A DNA stretch of 63,346 nt, the filler included, from Stramenopiles sp. TOSAG23-6 (Eukaryota), in NCBI GenBank assembly GCA_900128565.1. It is 20 parts of 20 records of this genome, joined end to end, with 100 filler letters (N's around TTAATTAATTAA, not from the genome) between each part and the next. Parts side by side here need not be neighbours in the genome. Positions count along the whole stretch, not along the records: positions 22,319 to 25,395 come from LT637662.1; positions 25,496 to 28,569 come from LT637663.1; positions 28,670 to 31,741 come from LT637664.1; positions 31,842 to 34,911 come from LT637665.1; positions 35,012 to 38,078 come from LT637666.1; 15 more parts are not named here. One strand, given 5' to 3'. The translations under genes and the position numbers were made by a program. The notes beneath the pieces were generated by a model. It saw nothing but the letters and a program-made list of their open reading frames with translations. It was not told the DNA's origin and searched no databases. This document shows, piece by piece, positions 23,262-35,654 of this stretch (the stretch's first letter is position 1; every line of letters starts with the position of its first letter).

Positions 23262-24476
23262 CTATGAATCGCATTTTGAGTGACTGTGTGAATGGCATTT
23301 TGAGTGACTATGTGAATGACTATGTGCATGACTATATGACTGGTTTCCTGAAATCTGAGTTCCCGGCGAGTTATCATCAGAACCTGTCGATGCTTGTAGA
23401 ATGTGTTGGACACCTTGTTCAAATTTTTCAATCTCAATCGTCAAGTTTCTACAACCAATTTGACTCTTCCATCCAAATTACGATCTAATTTTTTGAAGTA
23501 GCTGTTTTTGATTAGCAGTTGTTGACACCCTAACCTTAAGTGAACCAACTAATGTATTATTAGTGTGCATCCAAAAATGTGCAGCACGAACTTCAAACAC
23601 CGACGGCTCTGAACGCAACAATTTTTTAATCTCGCATTGAACTTTTTTACGAACTTCAATNGGTGTTGCTTGTAATAGTTGTAAGCCAGTTATTTTGATA
23701 AGAGGTATAGCAGAAAGGAATATAAGGACAGATATAAATATGGCACAAATTGGATCGCTAATGGTCCAATTATAAAGTTTTATCAATATTGCTGATAGGA
23801 TAACACCAACACTGCCCAGTGTATCAGCTAGAACGTGTAAAAACACACCATGCATATTACTATTTTGTTTAGCATGAGGACAGTTGCCACTTGAATGACT
23901 GTGGCTGTGGTGCTCATGGAAGAAAACCAAACCAACAAGGTTGACTAATAAACCTCCTACTGCAACAGGTAATAAATGTTGAGTATGCACATCTGGTGGA
24001 GAAAAAAGACGATAGAAACCTTCCAATAGCACAGAAACAGCAATTAATAATAAAAATACTGCATTGACGAATCCTGATATAACTTCAATCCGGCCATATC
24101 CATATGTAAACTCTTTGTTCGTTTTAAATGATGCCACAAATGCCGCAATAAGACTAATTAAAAGAGCAGTACAGTCAAATAGCATATGCCCTGAATCAGA
24201 TATTAAACCCAGCGAATTTGACCAATAACCTACTATAAACTCCACAAACGTGAAGGAAAGGTTTATTAGGATAAACATGAAAATCTTAAATGAGTTTCTA
24301 TCTGTAGAAATGTGCCTTAAAAACTTCGACAGGACTAGTTTCACTTTCCCAGCGCCAGCTTGATGAGGTTCCACTAACACACCAAGTTCTTCATCTGTTG
24401 TGGATACTTTTCGCCAGCCAGGACCAAAATTATCAGGAGGTAAAATTTTATTGACGAAGTTCTGAAAGCTTTCCAT
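23262..24476 (-). CDS. CDF zinc transporter (ZnT5/ZnT7-like) with an in-frame TAA at 23478-23480
   Basis: SLGLISDSGHMLFD, FTYGYGRIE, His-rich loop, NMHGVFLHVLADTLGSVGVI. The frame continues past the TAA into ...LTIEIEK and a His-rich tail. Confidence 0.88.
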
Positions 24477-24842
24477 GATTCAGTGATTCGTATTAAAGAA
24501 AGTACACTGCAACTGTAATTATACTATTCCGTTCGATATACGAGGTCAGGTAGTTCGATGTAGGTAGCTAATATACGAAGAAAATCAGATCTCAGATCAG
24601 ATCTGTTAGTACGAACCGTACTAGCTAGGACCTAACCGCGAACCTGCGAGGATCAAATCAAAATCAACGCTAGAATATTGAATGCCTTTCTTTCATGTTG
24701 CATCCATTGTTCATACTGAATATTATTATTAACTAGTGTATGTATCACAGTTCCTAAATACCACCACCATTATTGTATAATAAAAAATCTCAAATAATAA
24801 GCAAAATAGTAAAAATTTTATTACCGTTGTTTTCATATTTAA

Positions 24843-25395
24843 TTAAAGTTCGCCAGATGAAAGACCATATTTTTTTTCTAGCTTTGCAAACAATTTTTTT
24901 TCTCTTCCTTTGTATTTCGATAAAATATTCTCCAAGTGCCACGGGTCGTGTAACTTCTCAGGGTTGTACTTTTCATAAAAAGCTGTTAAGCGATTTGCTA
25001 TTTCCTCTGCATTTTTTTCTACATCCTGTATTTTTACTTCTTCATCAAACAAAGCCTGCCGCTCTCTCATTTGTGCATAAGCGAAAAAAGAGTATGTGAA
25101 AATAACAACCGCAGCTACTAAAATTGAAAATTTCATTATCTTTTTGATTGAGCTCTCCTCATCGGGAGGGGGCGCACAACAAAAATTAGCATCGCCACAG
25201 CCGCCACCAATGGACGACATCCGTGCTTGCATAGCTTTTTTCTTTGCTGTTTTCCTTACATTTTTGATTCGTTTTTTCTCATCCAAAAGTAAAATTTTCA
25301 GATTTGCCAAACCATCTGTGCCTAAATATTCACCGCCAACTACGATAAGAGGGCCGTGGGATACTTTGTGGGAAGATGCGGCTTCCTCCTCACCT
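24843..25395 (-). CDS. Single-TM hypothetical protein with a C-terminal RLxxFYxKYNPEK...KYKGRE...LEKKYG domain, 5'-partial
   Basis: ORF motif and one hydrophobic segment. Confidence 0.6.
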
Positions 25396-25582
25396 NNNNN
25401 NNNNNNNNNNNNNNNNNNNNNNNNNNNNNNNNNNNNNNNTTAATTAATTAANNNNNNNNNNNNNNNNNNNNNNNNNNNNNNNNNNNNNNNNNNNNAAAAA
25501 AAAAAACTTAAATTCGTTAGGTACAAAATTTCGTACGAAAAAAAAATCGATTTTTTTGGTAAAAAAAATAAATAAAACATAC

Positions 25583-28028
25583 ATCCTTTCGTCCTTATCA
25601 AGCTTTGCAATTAATGTATGAGATACTGTAAAATCGTTCTCAGACATCACATGAGGTTTCATTACATCAGTTTCATTTAATAATTGAATAGTGAGTGGCA
25701 GTTTGTAAATTTTCTTTTTTGGTTTTTTTGTTTTCTTTGGTTTTTTTGGTTTTTCGATCTTTTCCGTGTTTTCATCATCTTTTGTAGATGACTTTTCTTC
25801 ATCATCATCATCATTAGCATCTTTTGTAGATGACTTTTCTTCATCATCATCATCATTAGCATCTTTAGTAGATGACTTTTCTTCATCCTCATCATCATTA
25901 GCATCTTTAGTAGATGACTTTTCTTCATCATCATTATCATCATCATCATTATCTTTAGTAGATGACTCTTCTTCATCAACAACATCTTCAACAGGTAAAA
26001 TTTCTTCAAAGATTGCCTCTGCCTTTACAAGTCCTACAAGACCATTTTCATCAAGAAAAAAACTTAAATTAATTTTTGGCTCATCCAAATTTGAATATTT
26101 TTCATCTTTCAATAAATCTTCAAGTCCAGATACGTCATATAGAGCAATGTCTTTGGCCGTACCTTCAGGAAGACTAAAGACTTTTGATGTATCGTAACGA
26201 AGCTTACATGTGAAATCAGAAGAATGTTTAAATTGTACTAATTTTCTAGAGACAAGTTTGTTGTTTCGTTTGAATAAAGTAGTACGTTTTGACCATATCT
26301 CAGGATTAGGATTAGCCTCTGAAATATCTTCCATATCAGTAGGAAGCTTGTCTGCCAGACGAACGCCAACAGCAAAAGGTAAAATATCTTGCATGCCGAC
26401 ATGTTTTGTGAAAAAATATTTTTGTTTTTGTACAATTTGTTAGGTACAAAATTTTTTGAAAAAAATAAATAAATTCGAAATTGAAAAAAAATTTTGTTAA
26501 AAAAAAATAAATAAAAAATACATGTCTCACACGAAATGCTTTAGATCGATTGGCTGCGTGAAACGCTGCACCCAAGGCCATCCCTTCATCTCCGTTGATA
26601 TGCACAGCTAAATGCGTTGTATTTAAATGTTCTCTAAGCATTTCTTGAATTTTTGGAATGCGCACAGAACCACCAATGATTTCAACCTCATCAACATCAT
26701 TCACATCAATTCCTGCATCTTCTAAAACACGGTCTATAGGTTTCATAGCTTGAGCTAAATCTGCAGCAATTTTTTTTTCAAACTCTCTGCGAGTAATGAC
26801 AAAACCACGTAAATCTTTATCTTTGTCCACACTCTCAATAAACACTGGGATTCTTTCATTTGCAGACAAAACTTCTTTGGTCTTTGTTGCTTGTTTTTGT
26901 ATTTTAGCCCAAGATCTAGGTACGGTACGGACATCGTAATCAGGAAATTTTCCATTTTTGTTGACTACATTTGTATTAAACTCATCAGCAATCATGTTGG
27001 CAATGGACTGATCAAAATACGACCCACCAACNCCNTCTTCCCAGTGTTTTGATATTATCTCAAANTGAGANGAGACGACTTCTTTACCTAATCGTTTTGT
27101 ATTACGTGCTGTATAATAGGCAAGTGANGCTTGAACACTATTCGCACCCATATTGTAAAACAAAACACGATGNGTTTTGTTTTCGTACGTACGATCAATC
27201 CCGTATTGTACGGCGGCTGCCGTGTTTTCATCAATTAACGAAATTACGTTTAATTTCGCGACTTTAGATGCATCGATTAAGGCACGCTTTTCCGTCTGTG
27301 TGAAAAAGGAAGGGACAGTGAGTACAACGTCATTAATTTTGGCATTCGCTTCTGCTTCGCCAATTTGTTTTGCATAGATCAAAATCATGCCCATAATTTC
27401 TTCGACACTGTATTCTTCAGGCATNGAGACGTCATCAGAATGTTTTGATTCATAGAATGTATAGAGATATTAACGAGTTGTATATTGATAAGAAACAGGG
27501 AAATGGTCTCTGAAAAGTGTAAAAAGGAAAAAATATTTCACAGTTCTTTCTAATTTTTGCTTAGGTACAAAATGTCATACGACAAAAACAATATGGATTG
27601 GAATTAGGGTTAGGGTAACGTACGTCATACAAAGAGTTCTTGATTCGAAGAGAACCACGGGTATCATCTTCCACCAAAGTATGGTGAGACAAGAAAGTTT
27701 CAGATACTTTCCTAGTTATTGGATGAGTACTGTTACGTCCAAGCAAAGTGCGTGCAAATGTAAATGTTTGCAAAGGTTTACGCGTCATCAAATTCTTTGC
27801 ATCACCCGCAAACTGGCGAGCATTTTCATCATTAAATGCCATTGCAGTCTCTGTTTTACGCTTTGATGCTGTATTGGTAACAATTGTAAATGGATTGCCC
27901 GGTTTCACCAAAGCTACTTTAAAAAATAAAGAACCTAGATCAATACCAAGGACTAGAGCGGACGTCACGTGAAACGAAGATGCAAACAGCAAAAGTGACA
28001 TTACGAATGTTCTAATAGAGAAACGCAT
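25583..28028 (-). CDS. HYOU1: HYOU1/GRP170 copy 2 (alternative assembly path or haplotype of the 6392-9483 contig)
   Basis: Same sequence and same N positions as copy 1, except around intron 26401-26521. Confidence 0.88.
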
Positions 28029-28669
28029 GTTAAATGACTATTGTAGAGATATCTGAAAGACAAAAGTTTGATCGTTTGACGCGTCTACTTCTGTTGGTGA
28101 TACTAAATGAATGTAAGCTGCAGAGAATAAAATATAATGTTTGTAAGACTGAAATTACTTGCTTGCGGTTCTCGAGAGGAACTCATCTGAGATGAACAAC
28201 AAAACTGTTTGGTTTTGCGACGTGGCCAAAAAAAACAATATAAGCAGGTTTGTGCATTTAAAAAAAATCCAAAATAACGGCTACAATCTAGATATGTCCA
28301 CGGGTATCTAGCTAGCTAGGTATATCTTATCCGAATAACGGTTATCTACACCGTACAGTATCATTTCAAGAAAATAAATCTAAAAGATTTCAAAAAGAAT
28401 GAAGAAGGTTATATCATTAAGCTTTGCTGCAGCAAGCGTACACGCATCAGGATCTGCAATAACTCCTCGTGAACTGGTTCTTGGAAACCCCCAATGGAAT
28501 GTCCTTACGAATACGTTTAATGAGAACTTTAACTCTAGCACGGAATACCGTACTCTAATGGCTCGTCTGNNNNNNNNNNNNNNNNNNNNNNNNNNNNNNN
28601 NNNNNNNNNNNNNTTAATTAATTAANNNNNNNNNNNNNNNNNNNNNNNNNNNNNNNNNNNNNNNNNNNN

Positions 28670-30567
28670 CTAAATCATCACCTCCTCGAATTATTTCTGG
28701 ATTGATGCCAAAATGATTTGAATCTTCAAAAGTTAATTTTCGTTGAATATTTTGAGTTTTTTTGTTTTGTGTTTTTTGAAATGTTTCTTTTTCCTTTCTC
28801 TTTGATAATGTTCCAATATTTAAACGCTGTCGAGTCTTTTGAACTGCACCCCTAAAAATTTGTTTTTTATTCAAATATTGCCATCGATCACGAGCACTGC
28901 CATTAACCCACTTTTTAGATTTTGAATTATTTATATATTGAACCATATTTGCTACGGCTGCCGCTTGCTTCTCTGCTTTATTTAGTAAACGTGTACTTCG
29001 ACCTGTTGTAGTTCTCCATTTTGCACTTAAATGTCCAAAATCATTTGCCGTTTTTTCTTGTATTTCAATAAACGTGTTTAATTTCTCTTGCATTGCATCA
29101 AGTGAATCATCTTTATGCATTCTCAAATCACTTGGGTAAAAAATTTCCAAATCATCATGAACCACTTTATGNTCATTTTTTCTTGTATCTTGTGCTCTAG
29201 GACTACTCCTTCGTTTTGGTGATTTTGGTGATTTTGATCGTTTTTTCCCACTTCGAGGTAACGGGCTTCGAATTCTTTTCTTTTGTGCNGTTGGNGANAT
29301 TCCAGTGCCACCAATCGAACCATAAAAATCACTTCCNTTACCAGGTTCACTTCTATGATTAGGACTGAATAGACGTTTACCTTGTTGTGCTATATGCATT
29401 TGTCTGTGAGATGGACTTTGAGAATGACGACTTCGGCTTCGTGGACGTTGAATCATATTTCGTTGAATATTTGATGGTGAACGAGAAGATGAATTTCGGT
29501 GTCGTGAATTTCGTGTTGGTGATTTGGAAGGNGATCGACCATTTCGTGATTTTCGTGATCCCTTACTTGTTGTTGAATGACTATTCCGTGGACTAAATGC
29601 TGATGCAGCTGCAGCATTTTGAATAATTTCCATTGCTCTNGTATCGTTNCTCAATTGTCTCGCTTTTCTTGGCGACATTGAACCAACAATTGCATCGTCA
29701 ATGGATGTCGAATAGTTCAAACCATTTTTTTGTTCAAATGTNGGTGGTGGTGGGATATCATTNACATTTTCAGTTTCATCATAGTAAGCAGATCCAAGAC
29801 TATGTTTGCTGCCACTTCTTNTAAGACCTGGAATTGAATTTTGAAATTGTTTTTCCCGTTGGTTTAATTCTTTATCAAAGTCATCTGGAGCTTCTNCTAT
29901 TTCATAATCTACTTCAGTTCTACAGTTCAAAGAGTTGGATATATTGTGAAGTATATGAATTGTATNGATNAAAAGGTTAGGAATGCANTTTTTGTACAGT
30001 TTCAATCAAAAAAAAAATCAAAAAAAATCAAAAAAAAATCAAAAAAAATCAAAATTGAATTTCAAAATTGAATTTCAAAATTGAAAACGTACATGAAATT
30101 GTTCTCGTTAATCCTCTTCGTATTGGTGAACTTCTAGGAGAAACTTTGGGTGAATATCGCATATTAGTATTACGATTCGTATGGGGGGAATAGCAATCAT
30201 GTTTTGGNCTATTTGTTGTAGTAGAGTTTGCATATATNTCNTTAACTCGATGTGGTGANTTACTACTCGGAGAAAAAAGAGGCCTAGATGTTGAATTAGA
30301 CGTACGATAATTTCTCCTTGAGTTAGAGTTAGCTTTTGCGCTTGGTGAATTTGAACGACTTAAGTGTTCACTATATGATGTAAGTACACTGATGGGTGTT
30401 TCTTCCAACTCAGACTCAGTTTCTTCTTCCTCTTCCTCTTCGGAATATCGAGAACCTAACTCAAGTAGACTTGACGGTCTTTTTGATATTTTGTTTTGAA
30501 TCACTGTTGACGCATGCTCTGCAGCATATTCTGTAGAATTTATTGGAGATGTCCCACCAGAACTCAT
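28670..30567 (-). CDS. Ser/Pro/Arg-rich low-complexity protein with one intron near 29985-30091, 3'-partial
   Basis: Two long ORFs separated by a GTACGT-starting T-rich segment; the acceptor is uncertain because of N bases. Confidence 0.55.
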
Positions 30568-30907
30568 ATTGTTACTGTACTTAAGTTACAGTAATATTAT
30601 ATGAGAGTTCAAGGATGAGTTCAACTCTTGTATTTGTATTTGTATTGTATGATATTTGTGTTAAAATCTTTTTTTTTTCCATGGGTCCCAAACCAAACCG
30701 TTTTTTTTTGTAACGTCCAAAACATCGTTACCCGGGTCCCAGACCAAACCAAAACTTTTCAATAATTATTTTTGGGCTTATTTTGGATTATTTTGTTTTC
30801 ATTTTCAAAGAATGAAATCGTCTTTTATATATATACTCTTGAATTTTATATATGAATATCAACCAGTTTTTAGAAAAGGACAACAATTAACACATATTGT
30901 TTATATT

Positions 30908-31457
30908 AATGCGGCGTATTCTTGACTTTATTAAAGAACCACTTAAAAAAAGAATACTTTTCCTGCGGCGCGTCGCTCTATTTTGCTTGAGAGGTCGTTT
31001 CTATGACGATGCAGTTGCATTTTTAGAAGACGAGAATCGTCGACAAGAATTTAGTCCACAGTGGAGTGAAACAAAAATAACACATACAAATCCAATGAAA
31101 AATGCAATACTAGTAGAAGAAAAAACAAAAAAGTATCAAGAAATATCTGAACATAAACTTTGTTATACAACGATACATAATGAGTTTTGTGGGATATTTG
31201 AAAAAAAGTTGGAACATTTTATCATAAATGAAGGATATACTATTAAATCTTTATACAAATATCTAAAAATGTCAAAACAATATGATGCCTCAACTAGTCA
31301 AGTTTTAGAAGTATTTTTAAGTGTTTTTGAATATCAAATATTTCATGATCTAATGTCATCAAAGGAGAAATTGTTATATTGGAAAGGTATCATGAGAGGA
31401 TTTAGTAGGGAAGTAGAAAATATGACTGAAGACGTTTACTTAAAGTATGGTAAATAG
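30908..31457 (+). CDS. BART (ARL2BP/CFAP36-like) domain protein
   Basis: EHKLCYTTIHNEFCGIFEKKLEHFI and EYQIFHDLM match the BART pattern. Confidence 0.7.
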
Positions 31458-31535
31458 TTAGTACTAGTAATAATACAAATAGTTTAATGATGTATACACG
31501 ACAAAAAAAAACAAAAAAAACAAAAAAAAGTAACA

Positions 31536-31573
<38 letters not shown>

Positions 31574-31885
31574 AAAAATTTTTTTTTTTTTAAGTAAAAA
31601 AATTCCGAAAAAAAAAAAAAAAAAAAAAAAATATATATATAATTTTGAAAACGTACATATACGATAATTGTACAATAAATTCTTTTGAATTGTTTTCACT
31701 TTCAATAGTATGTATACGANTCACAGGGATTCGATCAACAANNNNNNNNNNNNNNNNNNNNNNNNNNNNNNNNNNNNNNNNNNNNTTAATTAATTAANNN
31801 NNNNNNNNNNNNNNNNNNNNNNNNNNNNNNNNNNNNNNNNNAATTCTAGTTTTTTTTTTTTTTGAAATATTTTTCCAAAATACAT

Positions 31886-32368
31886 GAATAATTTCTTCAC
31901 TGCCCAACGATTAGTACTCGTAACGTTTCTACGTGTCATAATTTTATTTGCATTTTTTGCGACGACTACGTTTCCTTTAAAAAAACCAATGAACACTTTT
32001 GCTCTTGCTGAAACTTTTATTGTTGTGTTATTGGGATTGTCGAACGGATGTATGTTTTCAAAATTTCAATTTCGAATTTACTTTTCGTACGAAATTTTGT
32101 ACCTAACAAATTTTAATTTTTTTTTGATTTTTTTTACTAATTTCGAATTTATTTGTTTTGTAGAAAGTTTTGTACCTAACGATTTTTTTTACCAAAAAAA
32201 AAAAAAATATTGTTTCACAATACATGGTTATGTACGATAACAATGCTCAAAGCACCTTTGATTGTACCAGTCACTTCGGCTTCCCAAGCAGGTTTGTGTA
32301 TGACTTTTTTTGTGCTCCTAGGTCTGACTTTTGGTATATTTGTGTCAAGTGCAATTCCTGATTTGTAA
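31886..32368 (+). CDS. Equilibrative nucleoside transporter C-terminus; intron 32050-32225 (GT..AT)
   Basis: Spliced LLGLSNGWLCTITMLKAP...AGLCMTFFVLLGLTFG matches ENT TM10-11. Confidence 0.75.
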
Positions 32369-32572
32369 AAAACGGTTATATTATAAAGAATAGTATATTA
32401 ATAATTAAATTGTAGTCTCGTCTCGTCTATTTTTCTCAATTTAACAGATGAATATTCAGAATTCAGAAAAAAAAAAATCGAAATCGTCTCGTCGGGTCAG
32501 CTCGCTTGCGCGTTGGCCAAGTTTCTTAAGCAGTCACATATCTCATGAAAAGTTCTGTACTAGTGTGTTACA

Positions 32573-34853
32573 ATGGCAACATCTGTACAAAAATATAGTC
32601 AAATTGAACTACCACCACGTCTTACTGACGTACTCCGGTTAGTTCTAACAAATAGAGGAGTTCCCGTTGATATCAGTGGTGAATTTGATGCACGGCTTCG
32701 GCTATTTTCTAAGAGACAGGCAATGCCATCTACTGATTCTTTCACGTGGTCTTTTTTCTCACGTATGCGTTCTTCTCTTGCCCCAGTTCAAACACGTACC
32801 GAACAACAAAAGATTCGCGAAAAATTTGCAATGTTTGTCAAACTATCTGGACAAGCAGTTGGTGATGATGGAGAAAGTTTTGGAATAGCAAGTGTTGCAG
32901 CAAAGACAATACTACGAATTGCAGTGCGTTCCATTACAAATACCTTCACACGTTTTCAAATAAAAGCTCTAATATCAAAGGAGTTTGATATTATTTATGA
33001 TTATAATAAGATAGAAAATGCATTAAAGGTCGGGAGAGAACTGTATGAATGGCTTCAATCAAGTTCGTCAACTCTACGAAAGGATATATTCCGAGATAAT
33101 ACACAATTTGGACAAGATATTGAAATTGCCACCGCGAGTGATAGTATTAGTTTACCCATACCTCGACATCTTTTAAGAACAACAAACACTGCGACATCTA
33201 AAAGTTCATTTGATAAAATTAGTTCTATTGGAGTTGGCACTCAGAAAATTCGAAATTCCGTAGGTAATTCCAGTACAAAAAACAAAAAAAACATTTCGAA
33301 TTTGCCAAGTTCTACCCCTCTGTCTGGTTCTAATCAAAATATCAAAGCAGACGCTCAGTGGCTAGTATGTGTTTGTGAGCAACACCTTGCTATAGCAGAA
33401 TCATCTGGGAATTTTGATGGGACAAATATTTGGACTGCACAGACATTAGCTGAGCAAGTTATTTCTCTTTTTCGTTCTGATTCTGATGATAGTCAATTAC
33501 AAGCTGATCTTTTTGGCCTTTTCGGCGTTGCAGGATTTGATACTATCGCCGAACTATTTCAAAGAAAAGACGAAATTGTTGACATTAACTTAAATGAATT
33601 ATTCATATATTCTACACAAAATGTACGAAATTCCGTACCTATTTCCGTATCTAAAGGTCCACATATTGGATTACGTGTCACTTCAAAAGCAGAGAAAAAT
33701 GCTGAGAAACAAGAAAGAAAACGTTCTCGTCGTTTTGGTAGGCACATGAATGCACAATCCAAAAACAATCAAGTTCATATGAATAGTGGGAGTAGTCTTC
33801 TTCAACATCTTGGTTTCTCTGAAGAATATTTAGATGAACAGCACGCGTTAGGTTTGAAAACTTTATCTAAATCTCGTACGTTTTCATTTCAAGTTCGAAT
33901 GTAGTTTTCTTTTTTTATAGTAAATTTTGTACCTAACAAACTTTAATTTTTTTTTTAAATATTTTTTCTAAAATAGGTGCAGATCAAGGTGTCAGTTTAC
34001 GTAAAAGAATGGGACTGGGTAAAGCTTTTATTGGTAAGCATAACACTGGACTACCACCGGGCACTATACGACAGCAATTCAAAGGATATGAAGAAGTTCG
34101 TGTGCGTTTTTAGTATGACTATTTTTGTCTTTTTTGTTTTCATACGAAATGTTATACCTAACGTTTTTTATTTTTTTTTGAAATATTTTTCGCAGTTCAT
34201 GTCCCTGCTTTGCAAGCACGTAAAAATGAACAGGAACGATCTCCTGTTCTAATAAATTCCTTACCTGAATGGGCACAACTAGCATTCAAAAATACAAAAT
34301 CCTTGAATAAGCTACAATCTGCGTTATTTAACGTTGCTTTTGAATCTAGTCGCAACATGCTTGTATGTGCTCCCACTGGTGCTGGTAAAACAAATGTTGC
34401 AATGCTAACAATATTGCGAGAAATTTCCCTCCATATTCAAAATTCCAAAATTGAAAAAAATGATTTTAAGATTGTATATGTTGCTCCGATGAAAGCTTTG
34501 GCTCAGGAAGTAGTCACAAAATTTTCTCAGCGTTTGAAATCCCTTGGTATCAAAGTTGCTGAGTTGACCGGGGATATGCAAATGACAAAAAAAGAAATTT
34601 CTGAAACGCAAATAATGTATGTTTTATTTTTGTTTCAATTTCGAATTTATTTTTTTATAAAAAATTTGTACCTAACGAATTTTTTTTTGAAATATTTTTC
34701 CAAAATGCATTGTAACTACACCTGAAAAATGGGATGTCATTACACGAAAAGCAGGGGATGGCTCTTTAGTGGAAAAATTACGACTCCTAATTATCGACGA
34801 GGTGCACTTACTAGCTAGTGACAGAGGGGCTGTTATTGAAGTTTTAGTGGCAC
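32573..34853 (+). CDS. ASCC3: Ski2-like helicase ASCC3/Slh1, 3'-partial; introns 33876-33976, ~34102-34200, 34617-34710
   Basis: [64 protein letters not shown]. Confidence 0.82.
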
Positions 34854-35093
34854 GTTTGTTTTATTTTTTTCAAATTCGAATTTTTTTTCGTACGAAATTT
34901 TGTACCTAACANNNNNNNNNNNNNNNNNNNNNNNNNNNNNNNNNNNNNNNNNNNNTTAATTAATTAANNNNNNNNNNNNNNNNNNNNNNNNNNNNNNNNN
35001 NNNNNNNNNNNAAAAAAAAATCTAAAAAAATTTGTTAGGTACGAAATTTCGTACGAAAAAAAAAATTAAATTAGAAATTCATATAAAACATAC

Positions 35094-35623
35094 ACTGACT
35101 TGAAGCTTACTGTGTAACTTATCACTTAAGGATTTTAGAGAATTCATCTGTTTATCAGTTAGTTTACCTTCCATCATTTCTCTTGAATGTGTTTTAGAAA
35201 AATATTTCAAAATTTACTATAAAAAAAAAATTGTTAGGTACAAAATTTTTATAAAAAAAAAAATTCGATGTTTTTTTTTTTTACCGAAAAAAAAAAAAAA
35301 AATAAAAACATACATGTTGCTCACGAGATATTAAACCTTCCACTTCTTTATATCGACTTCCAACATCATTTACAATATTTCCAATTTTTACAAGAACTTC
35401 ACCACGATGCCCATCCATTTTTGAATGTATTTCATCAGTATACCGTTGTAAATTTGAATGAAATTTTGCATCCATTGAGGACACATCATCGACAATTACT
35501 TCTCGTGCACGTGCATGCTCATCAAATGAATTTTGGAAAAATATTTCAAAAAAAAAATTTTAAAATTTGTTAGGTACGAAATTTCGTACGAAAAAAAAAA
35601 TTCGATTTTTTTTTTTTTTTACC

Positions 35624-35654
<31 letters not shown>

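Noticed and set aside
23478-23480. Genome-wide TAA reassignment
   Set aside because: There is only one internal TAA; long conserved ORFs lack internal stops and several genes terminate at TAA.
25496-28569. True HYOU1 gene duplication
   Set aside because: Identical contig ends and identical ambiguous bases indicate a redundant assembly path.
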